A stretch of DNA of 64,000 nt from Halanaerobiales bacterium. GTDB taxonomy: Bacteria > Bacillota > Halanaerobiia > Halanaerobiales > M55B127. A program made the translations under genes and the position numbers. The notes below the pieces were generated by a model. The model was not told the origin of the DNA, did no database searches, and worked only from the letters and a program-made list of their open reading frames with translations. Of this stretch, positions 39,911-48,230 are shown one piece after another (within the stretch, counting starts at the first letter, position 1; each line of letters begins with the position of its first letter). The stretch lies in NCBI GenBank assembly GCA_018399995.1, contig JAGYMU010000001.1:152-64151 (forward strand), written 5' to 3'.

Positions 39911-41269
39911 TTAATACAAATTATCTACTCTATTTATATACTTTTTCATGTTGAACTTTCTTTCTAAACCGGCCTTGTTCATATATCTGACTTTGCCAAA
40001 TATTTTTCTTTCCTTCCAGGCCCTATCATGTTTTCCAAATATCCAGGCAGCCCCAGCAAATCCATTAGGATCTCTGCCGTCTAATAGATATTTATTATTT
40101 AAATAAAGAATTCTTTGAAAAGCCGACTGATAATTTTCAGTCCATTCCAGTAATTTTTTACCCCAGTACATACGCATATATCCATTCATATAACCACTAA
40201 CTACCATTTCCTTTTGAGCTGCATTCCAGTACGGATCATGTGTGTCATGGTTTTCTAAATCTTGTAAAGAATAGATATTCTCCTTTTGATCTGCCTGATG
40301 TTCATTTAGGGTTTTAACTGCCCAATTGGGAAGTATATCACCTAATAAATTATCATAATTTTGATTGTAATAGACAAAATTAAAACTAAGTTCTCTTCTG
40401 ACTACCAGCTGTTCTAAAAAGTCCTCTGCTCCAATGCCACTTTCTTGAACTTTCTGATAGATAAAGCTGGGTGATATTTGCCCAAAATGTAAATAAGGGC
40501 TTAAATAGGAAGTAATATTTTGGTCTGGATTACTTCCATACTCTTGATATTTTTTTAACTTTTCTTTGATAAAATTATTTAATTTTTTGACAGCTTGGTT
40601 TCTACCTCCTATTAGTATATTGCTCTTTTCAATCTCCATATCAATATCAAGCTGTTTTATGATCTCTTCTATCTTTCCTAAATTTATGCCGTTCAGCTTA
40701 ATTTTAAGAGAATTTAATTTTAATTTTTCCTGTTCTGGCTTTCTTAAAAACCTTTCAAGCTTATTTGTTATTTTCTTTCTAATCGTATAGGCTGCATACT
40801 CTTCTTTATCTGAAGCTATATCAACAGGTACTATTGTATTGGTATTAATAAGGACAAATCTACAGTTTATATTTTCTGCCACTTCTTCTTTCCACTTTCT
40901 TTCAATCTTTAGATAACCTCTATCAGAAATGAGGAAGACTGCATCTTTAATTAATTTAGTCACGTTTTTTGTGGGATCACCAATTTTAACAACAAATTTT
41001 ATTCCTTTTTTAGCAAGCTCTTTTTCTACTTCCTTTAATCCTTCTAACATGAAATAATAATGTCGATAATTAGCATCGGGAAATTGATCGGTTAAATTAA
41101 AAAATACTATAAGAGGAACCTCAATCTGATTGGCTTTTTTTATCGCATAGTTTAAGGCTGGATTATTTTTTGCTCTCTGGGCAGACTGCATCCAATATAT
41201 TATATATTTATTCGCTTTTACATTGCCCTCCCGTAATACTTTTATTTTTTCTTCTATCATTTTTATCAT
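39911..41269 (-). CDS. phr: Class II CPD photolyase (deoxyribodipyrimidine photo-lyase)
   Basis: 452 aa. The N-terminus (KYIIYWMQSAQRAKNNPALNYAI) and C-terminus (GYMRMYWGKKLLEW and DPNGFAGAAWIFGKHDRAW) match my recollection of class II photolyases such as the Methanosarcina and animal enzymes. Confidence 0.85.
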   Translation of the reverse strand: MIKMIEEKIKVLREGNVKANKYIIYWMQSAQRAKNNPALNYAIKKANQIEVPLIVFFNLTDQFPDANYRHYYFMLEGLKEVEKELAKKGIKFVVKIGDPTKNVTKLIKDAVFLISDRGYLKIERKWKEEVAENINCRFVLINTNTIVPVDIASDKEEYAAYTIRKKITNKLERFLRKPEQEKLKLNSLKIKLNGINLGKIEEIIKQLDIDMEIEKSNILIGGRNQAVKKLNNFIKEKLKKYQEYGSNPDQNITSYLSPYLHFGQISPSFIYQKVQESGIGAEDFLEQLVVRRELSFNFVYYNQNYDNLLGDILPNWAVKTLNEHQADQKENIYSLQDLENHDTHDPYWNAAQKEMVVSGYMNGYMRMYWGKKLLEWTENYQSAFQRILYLNNKYLLDGRDPNGFAGAAWIFGKHDRAWKERKIFGKVRYMNKAGLERKFNMKKYINRVDNLY

Positions 41270-41291
41270 TCCCGTTTATTTTCTTCTATTC

Positions 41292-41318
41292 TAAAAAAGC
41301 CCCCATTTAAGGGGGCTC
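41292..41318 (-). terminator. Rho-independent terminator downstream of the COG2403 gene
   Basis: On the minus strand AGCCCCC-TTAAAT-GGGGGCT (nt 41298-41317) is followed by TTTTTTAG. Confidence 0.65.
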
Positions 41319-41333
41319 TTATGTGTTTTTAAT

Positions 41334-42647
41334 TTATAGATTTAATTTTTCAATAATTTCGGGTAAATTTGGTCTTCCAATCTCTTCCAATTCATATCTA
41401 ACCCGGGTATGTGGTTTGTCAATATCTATAATTTTAGTTAAATCTATAGGAGTTCCAATTACAACAGCCTCTGCATCTGAGTTTCTGATGGTGTCTTCAA
41501 GTTCCTGCATCTGCTCCTTGCCATAACCCATAGCAGGCAAGATGTCAGATAAATGTCCATATTTTTTAAATGTATCTTTAATTGAACCAACTGCGAAAGG
41601 ACGTGGATCAATTAATTCTTTAGCCTGGGATTTGCGGGCTGCAATAGCGCCTGCTCCATATTTCATTTCCCCATGGGTTAAAGTTGGGCCATCTTCTATA
41701 ACAAGAACCCTCTTGTTTTTAATCAGGGAGGGGTCTTCCACAAAAAGTGGTGAAGCAGCATCAACAATTGTAGCCTCTGGGTTTACCATTTGAATATTTT
41801 TTCTGACTTCTTCTACATTTTCTGGATAAGCAGTAGCTACCTTATTAATCAGAGCTACATCTGCTAACCTTAAATTAATTTCTCCCGGATAATAGTTAAG
41901 TTCATGACCTGGTCTATGAGGATCAACTAGAGTAATCATCAAATCTGGTTTATAGAAAGGCATATCATTATTACCACCATCCCATAAAATAACATCAGCA
42001 TCTTTTTCTGCTTCTCTTAAGATTTTCTCATAGTCAACACCGGCATATAAGATATTGCCTCTCTCAATATGAGGTTCATATTCTTCCATTTCTTCAATTG
42101 TACACTTGTGTTTTTCCATATCATCATAATTTTCAAAACGCTGTACAGATTGTGCTACTAAATCTCCATAAGGCATTGGATGTCTGATAACAACAACTTT
42201 TTTGCCCATTGCATTTAAGATATCAGATACCCTGCGGGTTGTCTGGCTTTTTCCAACTCCAGTTCTAACTGCACATACTGCAATTACAGGTACATTAGAT
42301 TCAAGCATGGTAGATTCACTACCCATCATCTTGAAATCAGCACCGGCTGCCATTACCTGTGAGCCTTTACTCATTAAATATTGATAATTAACATCACTGT
42401 AAGCAAAAACTACTTCCTCGATATTTTTTTCCTTAATCAATTCTTCAATATCACTTTCTGGATAAATTGGTATACCCTCAGGATAATTACTACCAGCTAG
42501 TTCTGCTGGATACTTTCTTCCTTCGATGTCTGGTATTTGAGTAGCTGTAAAAGCAACCACTTTATAGTCATCATTATCACGATAAAAGGTATTAAAATTA
42601 TGAAAATCTCGTCCTGCTGCACCCATTATTAAAATCCTTCTTTTCAT
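41334..42647 (-). CDS. COG2403-type predicted GTPase / cyclic 2,3-diphosphoglycerate synthetase-like protein
   Basis: 437 aa. N-terminal Rossmann-like ILIMGAAGRDFHNFN, then a P-loop-like AVRTGVGKSQ, then WDGGNND. This matches the family annotated as cDPG synthetase in methanogens; the bacterial function is unknown. Confidence 0.75.
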   Translation of the reverse strand: MKRRILIMGAAGRDFHNFNTFYRDNDDYKVVAFTATQIPDIEGRKYPAELAGSNYPEGIPIYPESDIEELIKEKNIEEVVFAYSDVNYQYLMSKGSQVMAAGADFKMMGSESTMLESNVPVIAVCAVRTGVGKSQTTRRVSDILNAMGKKVVVIRHPMPYGDLVAQSVQRFENYDDMEKHKCTIEEMEEYEPHIERGNILYAGVDYEKILREAEKDADVILWDGGNNDMPFYKPDLMITLVDPHRPGHELNYYPGEINLRLADVALINKVATAYPENVEEVRKNIQMVNPEATIVDAASPLFVEDPSLIKNKRVLVIEDGPTLTHGEMKYGAGAIAARKSQAKELIDPRPFAVGSIKDTFKKYGHLSDILPAMGYGKEQMQELEDTIRNSDAEAVVIGTPIDLTKIIDIDKPHTRVRYELEEIGRPNLPEIIEKLNL

Positions 42648-42700
42648 TAAATTTCCTCCTTAAGCAATAAATTATGCATCTAATTATATTTATACATCTT

Positions 42701-42729
42701 AGTATATATATTATATATTAGGTTGTCAA
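42701..42729 (-). promoter_or_regulatory. Sigma-A-type promoter for the COG2403 gene
   Basis: Minus strand reads TTGACA (42724-42729), 17 nt, TATACT (42701-42706). Confidence 0.5.
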
Positions 42730-42752
42730 ATCCTGCTTTAAGCTTAAAAAAA

Positions 42753-43613
42753 TTAATAATTGGTATTATTCAAAAAAAACACAGAAAGAGTCCCTGGTCC
42801 CGAATGAGCACCAATAGCAGATCCTATTATATTAATCATAATTTCTTGGGGATTAAATTTCTTTTCAATCATATGCTTTAATTTCTCGGCACCTTCCAGA
42901 TCATCCCCATGGCTTATACCTATCAACTGTTCGCTTAAATTTTCTCCTCTTTCTTCCATTAATTCCAACATTCTATTGATGACTCTAATCCGTCCCCTTT
43001 TTTCCTCTAGGGGAACAAGTTTACCATCTTCCACATCCAATATGGGTTTTATATTTAATAAACCACCGACAAAAGCTGCTGTTCTACTGATTCTGCCGCC
43101 TCTTCTTAGATATTTTAGGTCATCTACAGTAAAAATATGTTCAATATGATCTTTGTAATGTTTTATTACATCAACAATTTCTTCTTTACTCTTCCCTTCA
43201 GCAGCCATCTGAGCAGCTTTATAAACAATTAAACCATAACCTAAAGATGCACATTTAGAATCAATTATGGTAATATCTAAGTCTTTATTCTCTTCACCGA
43301 TCTTGTTTTTTATCACAACAGAGGATTGGTAAGTGCCAGATAATTTAGAAGAAAATGATATATAAATAGCCTGACGCTTATCTTTTGCTAATTTTTGATA
43401 GAGTCTTTCAAAAAAATTAGGTGGAACCTGTGCAGTTTTATAGATCCTGCCTTCTCTCATTTTATCATAAATCAATTTAGGATCATTTACTTTTTTAGCT
43501 TTATCTTCCTGTCCCTCGGGATATACTAAAAGTGGTGCCTCGGTGATGTTATATTCTGTAATTATAGACTTAGGTAAGTCACAACCAGAATCAGCAATAA
43601 TTTTTACAGTCAT
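42753..43613 (-). CDS. DegV-family fatty-acid-binding protein (FakB-like)
   Basis: 286 aa with MTVKIIADSGCDLP, SSKLSGTYQS and LRRGGRIS, typical of DegV. Confidence 0.9.
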   Translation of the reverse strand: MTVKIIADSGCDLPKSIITEYNITEAPLLVYPEGQEDKAKKVNDPKLIYDKMREGRIYKTAQVPPNFFERLYQKLAKDKRQAIYISFSSKLSGTYQSSVVIKNKIGEENKDLDITIIDSKCASLGYGLIVYKAAQMAAEGKSKEEIVDVIKHYKDHIEHIFTVDDLKYLRRGGRISRTAAFVGGLLNIKPILDVEDGKLVPLEEKRGRIRVINRMLELMEERGENLSEQLIGISHGDDLEGAEKLKHMIEKKFNPQEIMINIIGSAIGAHSGPGTLSVFFLNNTNY

Positions 43614-43855
43614 ACAAAAAACCCCTTTCAGATAAATTATATTATTGTATTTAAAGATAATAATTGACTAAATCTATACTAAATATTTATTTCAAGATAA
43701 ATATTTATATTCCTCTATTTAAAAATAATACAAACAATTACATTTATTAAACTAAAGCACTCCTGATTAGATTAAATAATCGTTGTAAAATTTATTTATT
43801 AATATTATTAATAAAAGATCATCTTAAATATTTACAGGTATATCTTTATAAAAAA

Positions 43856-44863
43856 TTAGGACAGATAATAAAATTCATCTTTGGCTTCTCTGGACATCAA
43901 ATCATCAACTGCCTGAATGGGCTCCTTATTTTCATAGAGCACTTTATATACCTCTTGAGTGATAGGCATCTTTAATTCTTTATTGTTAAGCAAATAATCA
44001 TGGACCGCTTGGACAGTTTTAACACCTTCTACGATCTGATTTACCACTTTGGCTGCTTTTTTTCTACTGGCCCCTTTACCAATCTGAATACCAAATCTTC
44101 GATTGCGACTATGTTCGGAATTACAGGTCACAACAAGATCTCCTAATCCGGCCAGGCCGTTATAGGTTTTTCTATCAGTGTTTTGCATAAGGCCGAATTT
44201 TACTATTTCGGCCAATCCTCTTGTAATTAGGGCGGCTTTGGTATTATCTCCATAGCCGATCCCGTCTGTTATTCCAGAGGCAACAGCTATTATATTTTTT
44301 ATAGCTCCCGCTATCTCGACTCCTTTAATATCTAATAATGTATAAATCCTAAAACGAGGAGTCATCAACATATTTTGGATTCGTATGGCCAGTTTTCTAT
44401 TTTTGGATGCAGCTACAATCGCAGTAGGTATTTGTCTGATTACCTCTTCAGCATGTGTGGGGCCGGACAGCACAACTACATTGCCGGTAAAAAATTCTCT
44501 TATAACTTCCGAATTCGTTTTAAAACTAACTGGTTCTATACCCTTAGCTGTAGAAATTATCGTATGATATTCACAAAGATATTTACTTATTTTTTTTATT
44601 AAAGACCGGGTAGAATTGGTAGGTACTGATAATATTATGTCTTTAGAAAAATTAATTATACGTTCTAAATCACTGGTAGCTGAAATATTTTTGTTTAGTT
44701 TAATCTCAGCAAAGTATTTGTTGTTTTTAGAATCATTATTTATGCTTTTGACTACCTCTTTATCTCTTGCATATATTAAAACCTTATCTATATTATAAGA
44801 AGCCACTTGAGATAAAGCCGTACCCCAACTTCCTCCTCCAATTACAGATATTTTATTCTGCAT
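43856..44863 (-). CDS. gpsA: NAD(P)H-dependent glycerol-3-phosphate dehydrogenase
   Basis: 335 aa with ISVIGGGSWGTALS, GPTHAEEV, KNIIAVASGI and SRNRRFG. Confidence 0.94.
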   Translation of the reverse strand: MQNKISVIGGGSWGTALSQVASYNIDKVLIYARDKEVVKSINNDSKNNKYFAEIKLNKNISATSDLERIINFSKDIILSVPTNSTRSLIKKISKYLCEYHTIISTAKGIEPVSFKTNSEVIREFFTGNVVVLSGPTHAEEVIRQIPTAIVAASKNRKLAIRIQNMLMTPRFRIYTLLDIKGVEIAGAIKNIIAVASGITDGIGYGDNTKAALITRGLAEIVKFGLMQNTDRKTYNGLAGLGDLVVTCNSEHSRNRRFGIQIGKGASRKKAAKVVNQIVEGVKTVQAVHDYLLNNKELKMPITQEVYKVLYENKEPIQAVDDLMSREAKDEFYYLS

Positions 44864-44865
44864 AG

Positions 44866-45480
44866 TTATCTATCACCTCTTGGGGGCCAACTCATTTTAT
44901 TCTCATTTCCCTTTATTAACCTCTGGATATTAGAACGGTGGCTAAAAATTATTAATAAAGCTATTAATAAACCAAAGGTGATATTATCTGTACTACCACC
45001 ATAGATAAATAGAATAGATAAGGGCAAAGAAACCGCCCCTAGAAGAGAGCCGACGGAAACAATTTTTGTAGAGATGATCATCACAACCCAGACAACAAAA
45101 AATATCAATAGAGCATAGGGAAATAAGTTTAATAAAATACCAACACTGGTCGCAACACCCTTACCGCCGTTTAATGATAAGAAGATAGACCAATTATGTC
45201 CAATAACTGCTAAAATAGCAGCTGAAAAAACAAATATCATAGAATATTGTGGAATTAAAAATATTTCTGCAATATAAACAGCTAAAAAACCCTTTGCAAT
45301 ATCTAAAATAGCCACAATCAGTCCAACCTTGTATCCTGCTATGCGGGCAACATTTGTAGCACCAACATTACCGCTCCCATATTTTCTTATATCCTTTTTA
45401 ACAGTATATTTTCCTAAAATATAGCCATTTGGTATTGATCCTAATAGATATGAAAAAAGCAAAATCAAAATAATTTTCAT
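44866..45480 (-). CDS. plsY: Glycerol-3-phosphate acyltransferase PlsY
   Basis: Polytopic protein with GSIPNGYILGK, GSGNVGATNVAR and GGKGVAT. I prefer the ATG at 45480 (GGAG 8 nt upstream). The longest ORF (45534) overlaps der. Confidence 0.92.
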   Translation of the reverse strand: MKIILILLFSYLLGSIPNGYILGKYTVKKDIRKYGSGNVGATNVARIAGYKVGLIVAILDIAKGFLAVYIAEIFLIPQYSMIFVFSAAILAVIGHNWSIFLSLNGGKGVATSVGILLNLFPYALLIFFVVWVVMIISTKIVSVGSLLGAVSLPLSILFIYGGSTDNITFGLLIALLIIFSHRSNIQRLIKGNENKMSWPPRGDR

Positions 45481-45484
45481 CTTG

Positions 45485-46798
45485 TTAACTCCTTTTTTTG
45501 ATTTTGAGTACAATAGGGCTACCCAAAAATCCAAAATTATCTCTTATAGTGTTTTTTAAATACCTTTCATAGGCAAAATGCATCAAATCAGGATTATTAA
45601 CGAATACAACAAAGGTGGGTGGTTTAACACCAACCTGAGTGCAGTAATAAATTTTAAGGCGTTTGCCCTTTTTGGTGGGCGGTTCTCTTAACTGAACTGC
45701 CTCGGTAATTACTTCATTTAATAGTCCAGTTTTAATCCTCTTCGCACTTTGATCAACACTGTATTCTAATAATTCTAACACTTCTTCAATTCTCTGGCCC
45801 GTTAAAACCGAGATAAAACTAATCGGTACATAATTTAAAAATTTCAGATTATAATATATTTCATCTCTATACCTGGCCATTTCATCTGAATCAGCTGTGA
45901 TAAGGTCCCACTTGTTTACGCCAATTACCATAGCTTTACCAGCTTCATGTGCATATCCAGATATCTTTTTGTCCTGTTCGGTAACACCCTGTTCTGCATC
46001 AATCATCATCAAAACACCATCAGATCTTTCAATAGCCCTGATTGCCCTGATATTACTATAATATTCTATATCATCTTTAACTCTCGCTTTGCGTCTGAGC
46101 CCGGCCGTATCAATTAAATTATATTTCATATTATTATATTCAATAACTGTATCAATAGCATCTCTGGTAGTGCCCGGTATTTCACTCACTATCACTCTTT
46201 CATGACCGACCAGATAATTGATTAATGATGATTTCCCTACATTTGGTTTGCCCACAATAGCAATATTAATTACATCTTCTTTTAATCGTTCTTCTGTTTC
46301 ATCAAAATCACTAATAACATGGTCCAGCAAATCACCGATGTTCTTACCATGTTCAGCGGAAATCGGGATAAGCTCTTCAAAACCAAGGGCATAAAACTCC
46401 CAGACATTTTCCTGCATTTTCTCAAAATTCTCTATTTTATTTACAACTACTTTTACTTTCTTATTGGATTTTCTCAATAATTGGGCAACTTCTTCATCCA
46501 GTTTAGTCAAGCCCTCTCTTCCATCCACTACAAAAAGGATGTGATCAGCTTCTTGAATAGCCAGTTCAGATTGTTTTTTAACCATTGAATTAAATTTTAC
46601 TTCTGCCTCTTTTTCAATTCCACCAGTATCTATTAACTTAAACTTATAACCAAGCCATTCCGCTTCAGCATAAATTCTGTCACGGGTAATCCTTGGTTTA
46701 TCTTCTACAATAGATATTCGAGTACCTGCTAATCTATTAAATAAGGTCGATTTCCCTACATTTGGCCTACCTACTATTGCTACAATTGGTGTCGCCAT
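45485..46798 (-). CDS. der: Ribosome-associated GTPase Der (EngA)
   Basis: 437 aa with two tandem GTPase domains (GRPNVGKST and GKPNVGKSS; DTGG and DTAG; NKIE and NKWD) plus a KH-like C-terminus. Confidence 0.95.
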   Translation of the reverse strand: MATPIVAIVGRPNVGKSTLFNRLAGTRISIVEDKPRITRDRIYAEAEWLGYKFKLIDTGGIEKEAEVKFNSMVKKQSELAIQEADHILFVVDGREGLTKLDEEVAQLLRKSNKKVKVVVNKIENFEKMQENVWEFYALGFEELIPISAEHGKNIGDLLDHVISDFDETEERLKEDVINIAIVGKPNVGKSSLINYLVGHERVIVSEIPGTTRDAIDTVIEYNNMKYNLIDTAGLRRKARVKDDIEYYSNIRAIRAIERSDGVLMMIDAEQGVTEQDKKISGYAHEAGKAMVIGVNKWDLITADSDEMARYRDEIYYNLKFLNYVPISFISVLTGQRIEEVLELLEYSVDQSAKRIKTGLLNEVITEAVQLREPPTKKGKRLKIYYCTQVGVKPPTFVVFVNNPDLMHFAYERYLKNTIRDNFGFLGSPIVLKIKKRS

Positions 46799-48092
46799 CT
46801 TTTAACACCTCCATAATATCCTTTATATTATCACATACAAATATATTTTTATTCTTGAAATCATTTTTAAAGTTATTGATGCTTACCTGGTCTAAAAATA
46901 AGCCTTTCTTATTTAATGTTATAGAAGGGATTATGATATTTTTTGCTGAAATACCGTTAATCTTTTCACCTATATCCTGTGCTGTTAATAGACCCGTGAC
47001 GGTAATCGTTTCACCAAAAAAATTATTTTCTACAACCTTTATCTCTATATTTATATTAAACAGACTTTCATTTATATCATCTATTACAGATTTAATTGAC
47101 TTCTTACCTAATACAGATGTGATTAAGACGTAATCTTCACTATTTTTTTTCTTTTTAATTGAACCTATAAAATCATCTCTTATTTTTTGATATTCATCTC
47201 TAAAAATACGTGTTAAACCCACTCCATTCTCCAGTTGTAAAAAGCTATTATATGATTTATAACTGGGAATATCTATTTCAGAAATAAGATAGAATTCATC
47301 TGACGCAAAAAGAAAATTTTTTCCATACTTATCTATTAATATCTTCTGCCAGTTATTTATCTGTTTCACAATATTTTCAGCTTCTTGAACTGTATAGGTT
47401 CTTAACTTTTTATTTTTATACTTGGTTAATCCGACAGGCACTACAGCCAGTGATAAAATACTCGGATAGTATTTGGCCAAAGACTGGATGGATTCATCTA
47501 ATTTTTTACCATCGTTAATCCCTGGACAGAGCACGATTTGTGCGTTAAAATCAATACCATTTTCGGTCAAATAATCAAGATCTTTAATAATGTTACCAGC
47601 CCGTGTATTTTTCATCATATACTTTCTCAACTCAGGGTCTGTTGTGTGTATGGATATATTTAATGGACTCATATGATACTGTACTATTTTTTTGAAGTCT
47701 ATCATGTCAAGATTTGTAAGTGTGATATAACTACCCTGTAAAAAAGAAAATCTGTAGTCATCATCCTTTAAATTTAATGTAGCTCGAAGGTTGGGCGGCT
47801 GTTGGTCTATAAAACAAAATATACATTTATTAGTACATTTTTTAAGACCATCAAAAACTATGCTCTCAAATTCAATTCCCATTTCTTTATCATAAGTCCT
47901 TTTTATATCATATTTTTTTATATTACCATCTCTTTTTTTTACTTTCATCTGAAAGTTATATGAGGAAATGAGATCATTATATTCAATATAGTCTTTAATT
48001 TTTTTACCATTAATTGAAATTAATTGATCACCGGCCTCAAGACCTATTTTTGCAGCGGTACTGTTATTTTTAATATTCTTAATATGAACCAT
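46767..48092 (-). CDS. PDZ plus radical-SAM DUF512-family protein
   Basis: N-terminal PDZ (AAKIGLEAGDQLISING), radical SAM CxxxCxxC (CTNKCIFC) and a DUF512-like C-terminus. It sits upstream of der, as in many Clostridia. I prefer the ATG at 48092 (AGGAGGA RBS). Confidence 0.8.
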   Translation of the reverse strand: MVHIKNIKNNSTAAKIGLEAGDQLISINGKKIKDYIEYNDLISSYNFQMKVKKRDGNIKKYDIKRTYDKEMGIEFESIVFDGLKKCTNKCIFCFIDQQPPNLRATLNLKDDDYRFSFLQGSYITLTNLDMIDFKKIVQYHMSPLNISIHTTDPELRKYMMKNTRAGNIIKDLDYLTENGIDFNAQIVLCPGINDGKKLDESIQSLAKYYPSILSLAVVPVGLTKYKNKKLRTYTVQEAENIVKQINNWQKILIDKYGKNFLFASDEFYLISEIDIPSYKSYNSFLQLENGVGLTRIFRDEYQKIRDDFIGSIKKKKNSEDYVLITSVLGKKSIKSVIDDINESLFNINIEIKVVENNFFGETITVTGLLTAQDIGEKINGISAKNIIIPSITLNKKGLFLDQVSINNFKNDFKNKNIFVCDNIKDIMEVLKDGDTNCSNSR

Positions 48093-48160
48093 AGATAATT
48101 TCCTCCTGCTACATAGAATAATAACATATCTTAAAGGCTGTGACAATAAACTAATAATTT

Positions 48161-48202
48161 TAAAAAATAAAAACCTTACTATCCTTTTTTTGAATAGTAA
48201 GG
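48161..48202 (-). terminator. Rho-independent terminator downstream of ispH-S1
   Basis: On the minus strand CCTTACTAT-(11 nt)-ATAGTAAGG (nt 48174-48202) is followed by TTTTTATTTTTT. Confidence 0.65.
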
Positions 48203-48230
48203 CTCGCTCATCTAAGCATTTTTTTTGTAG

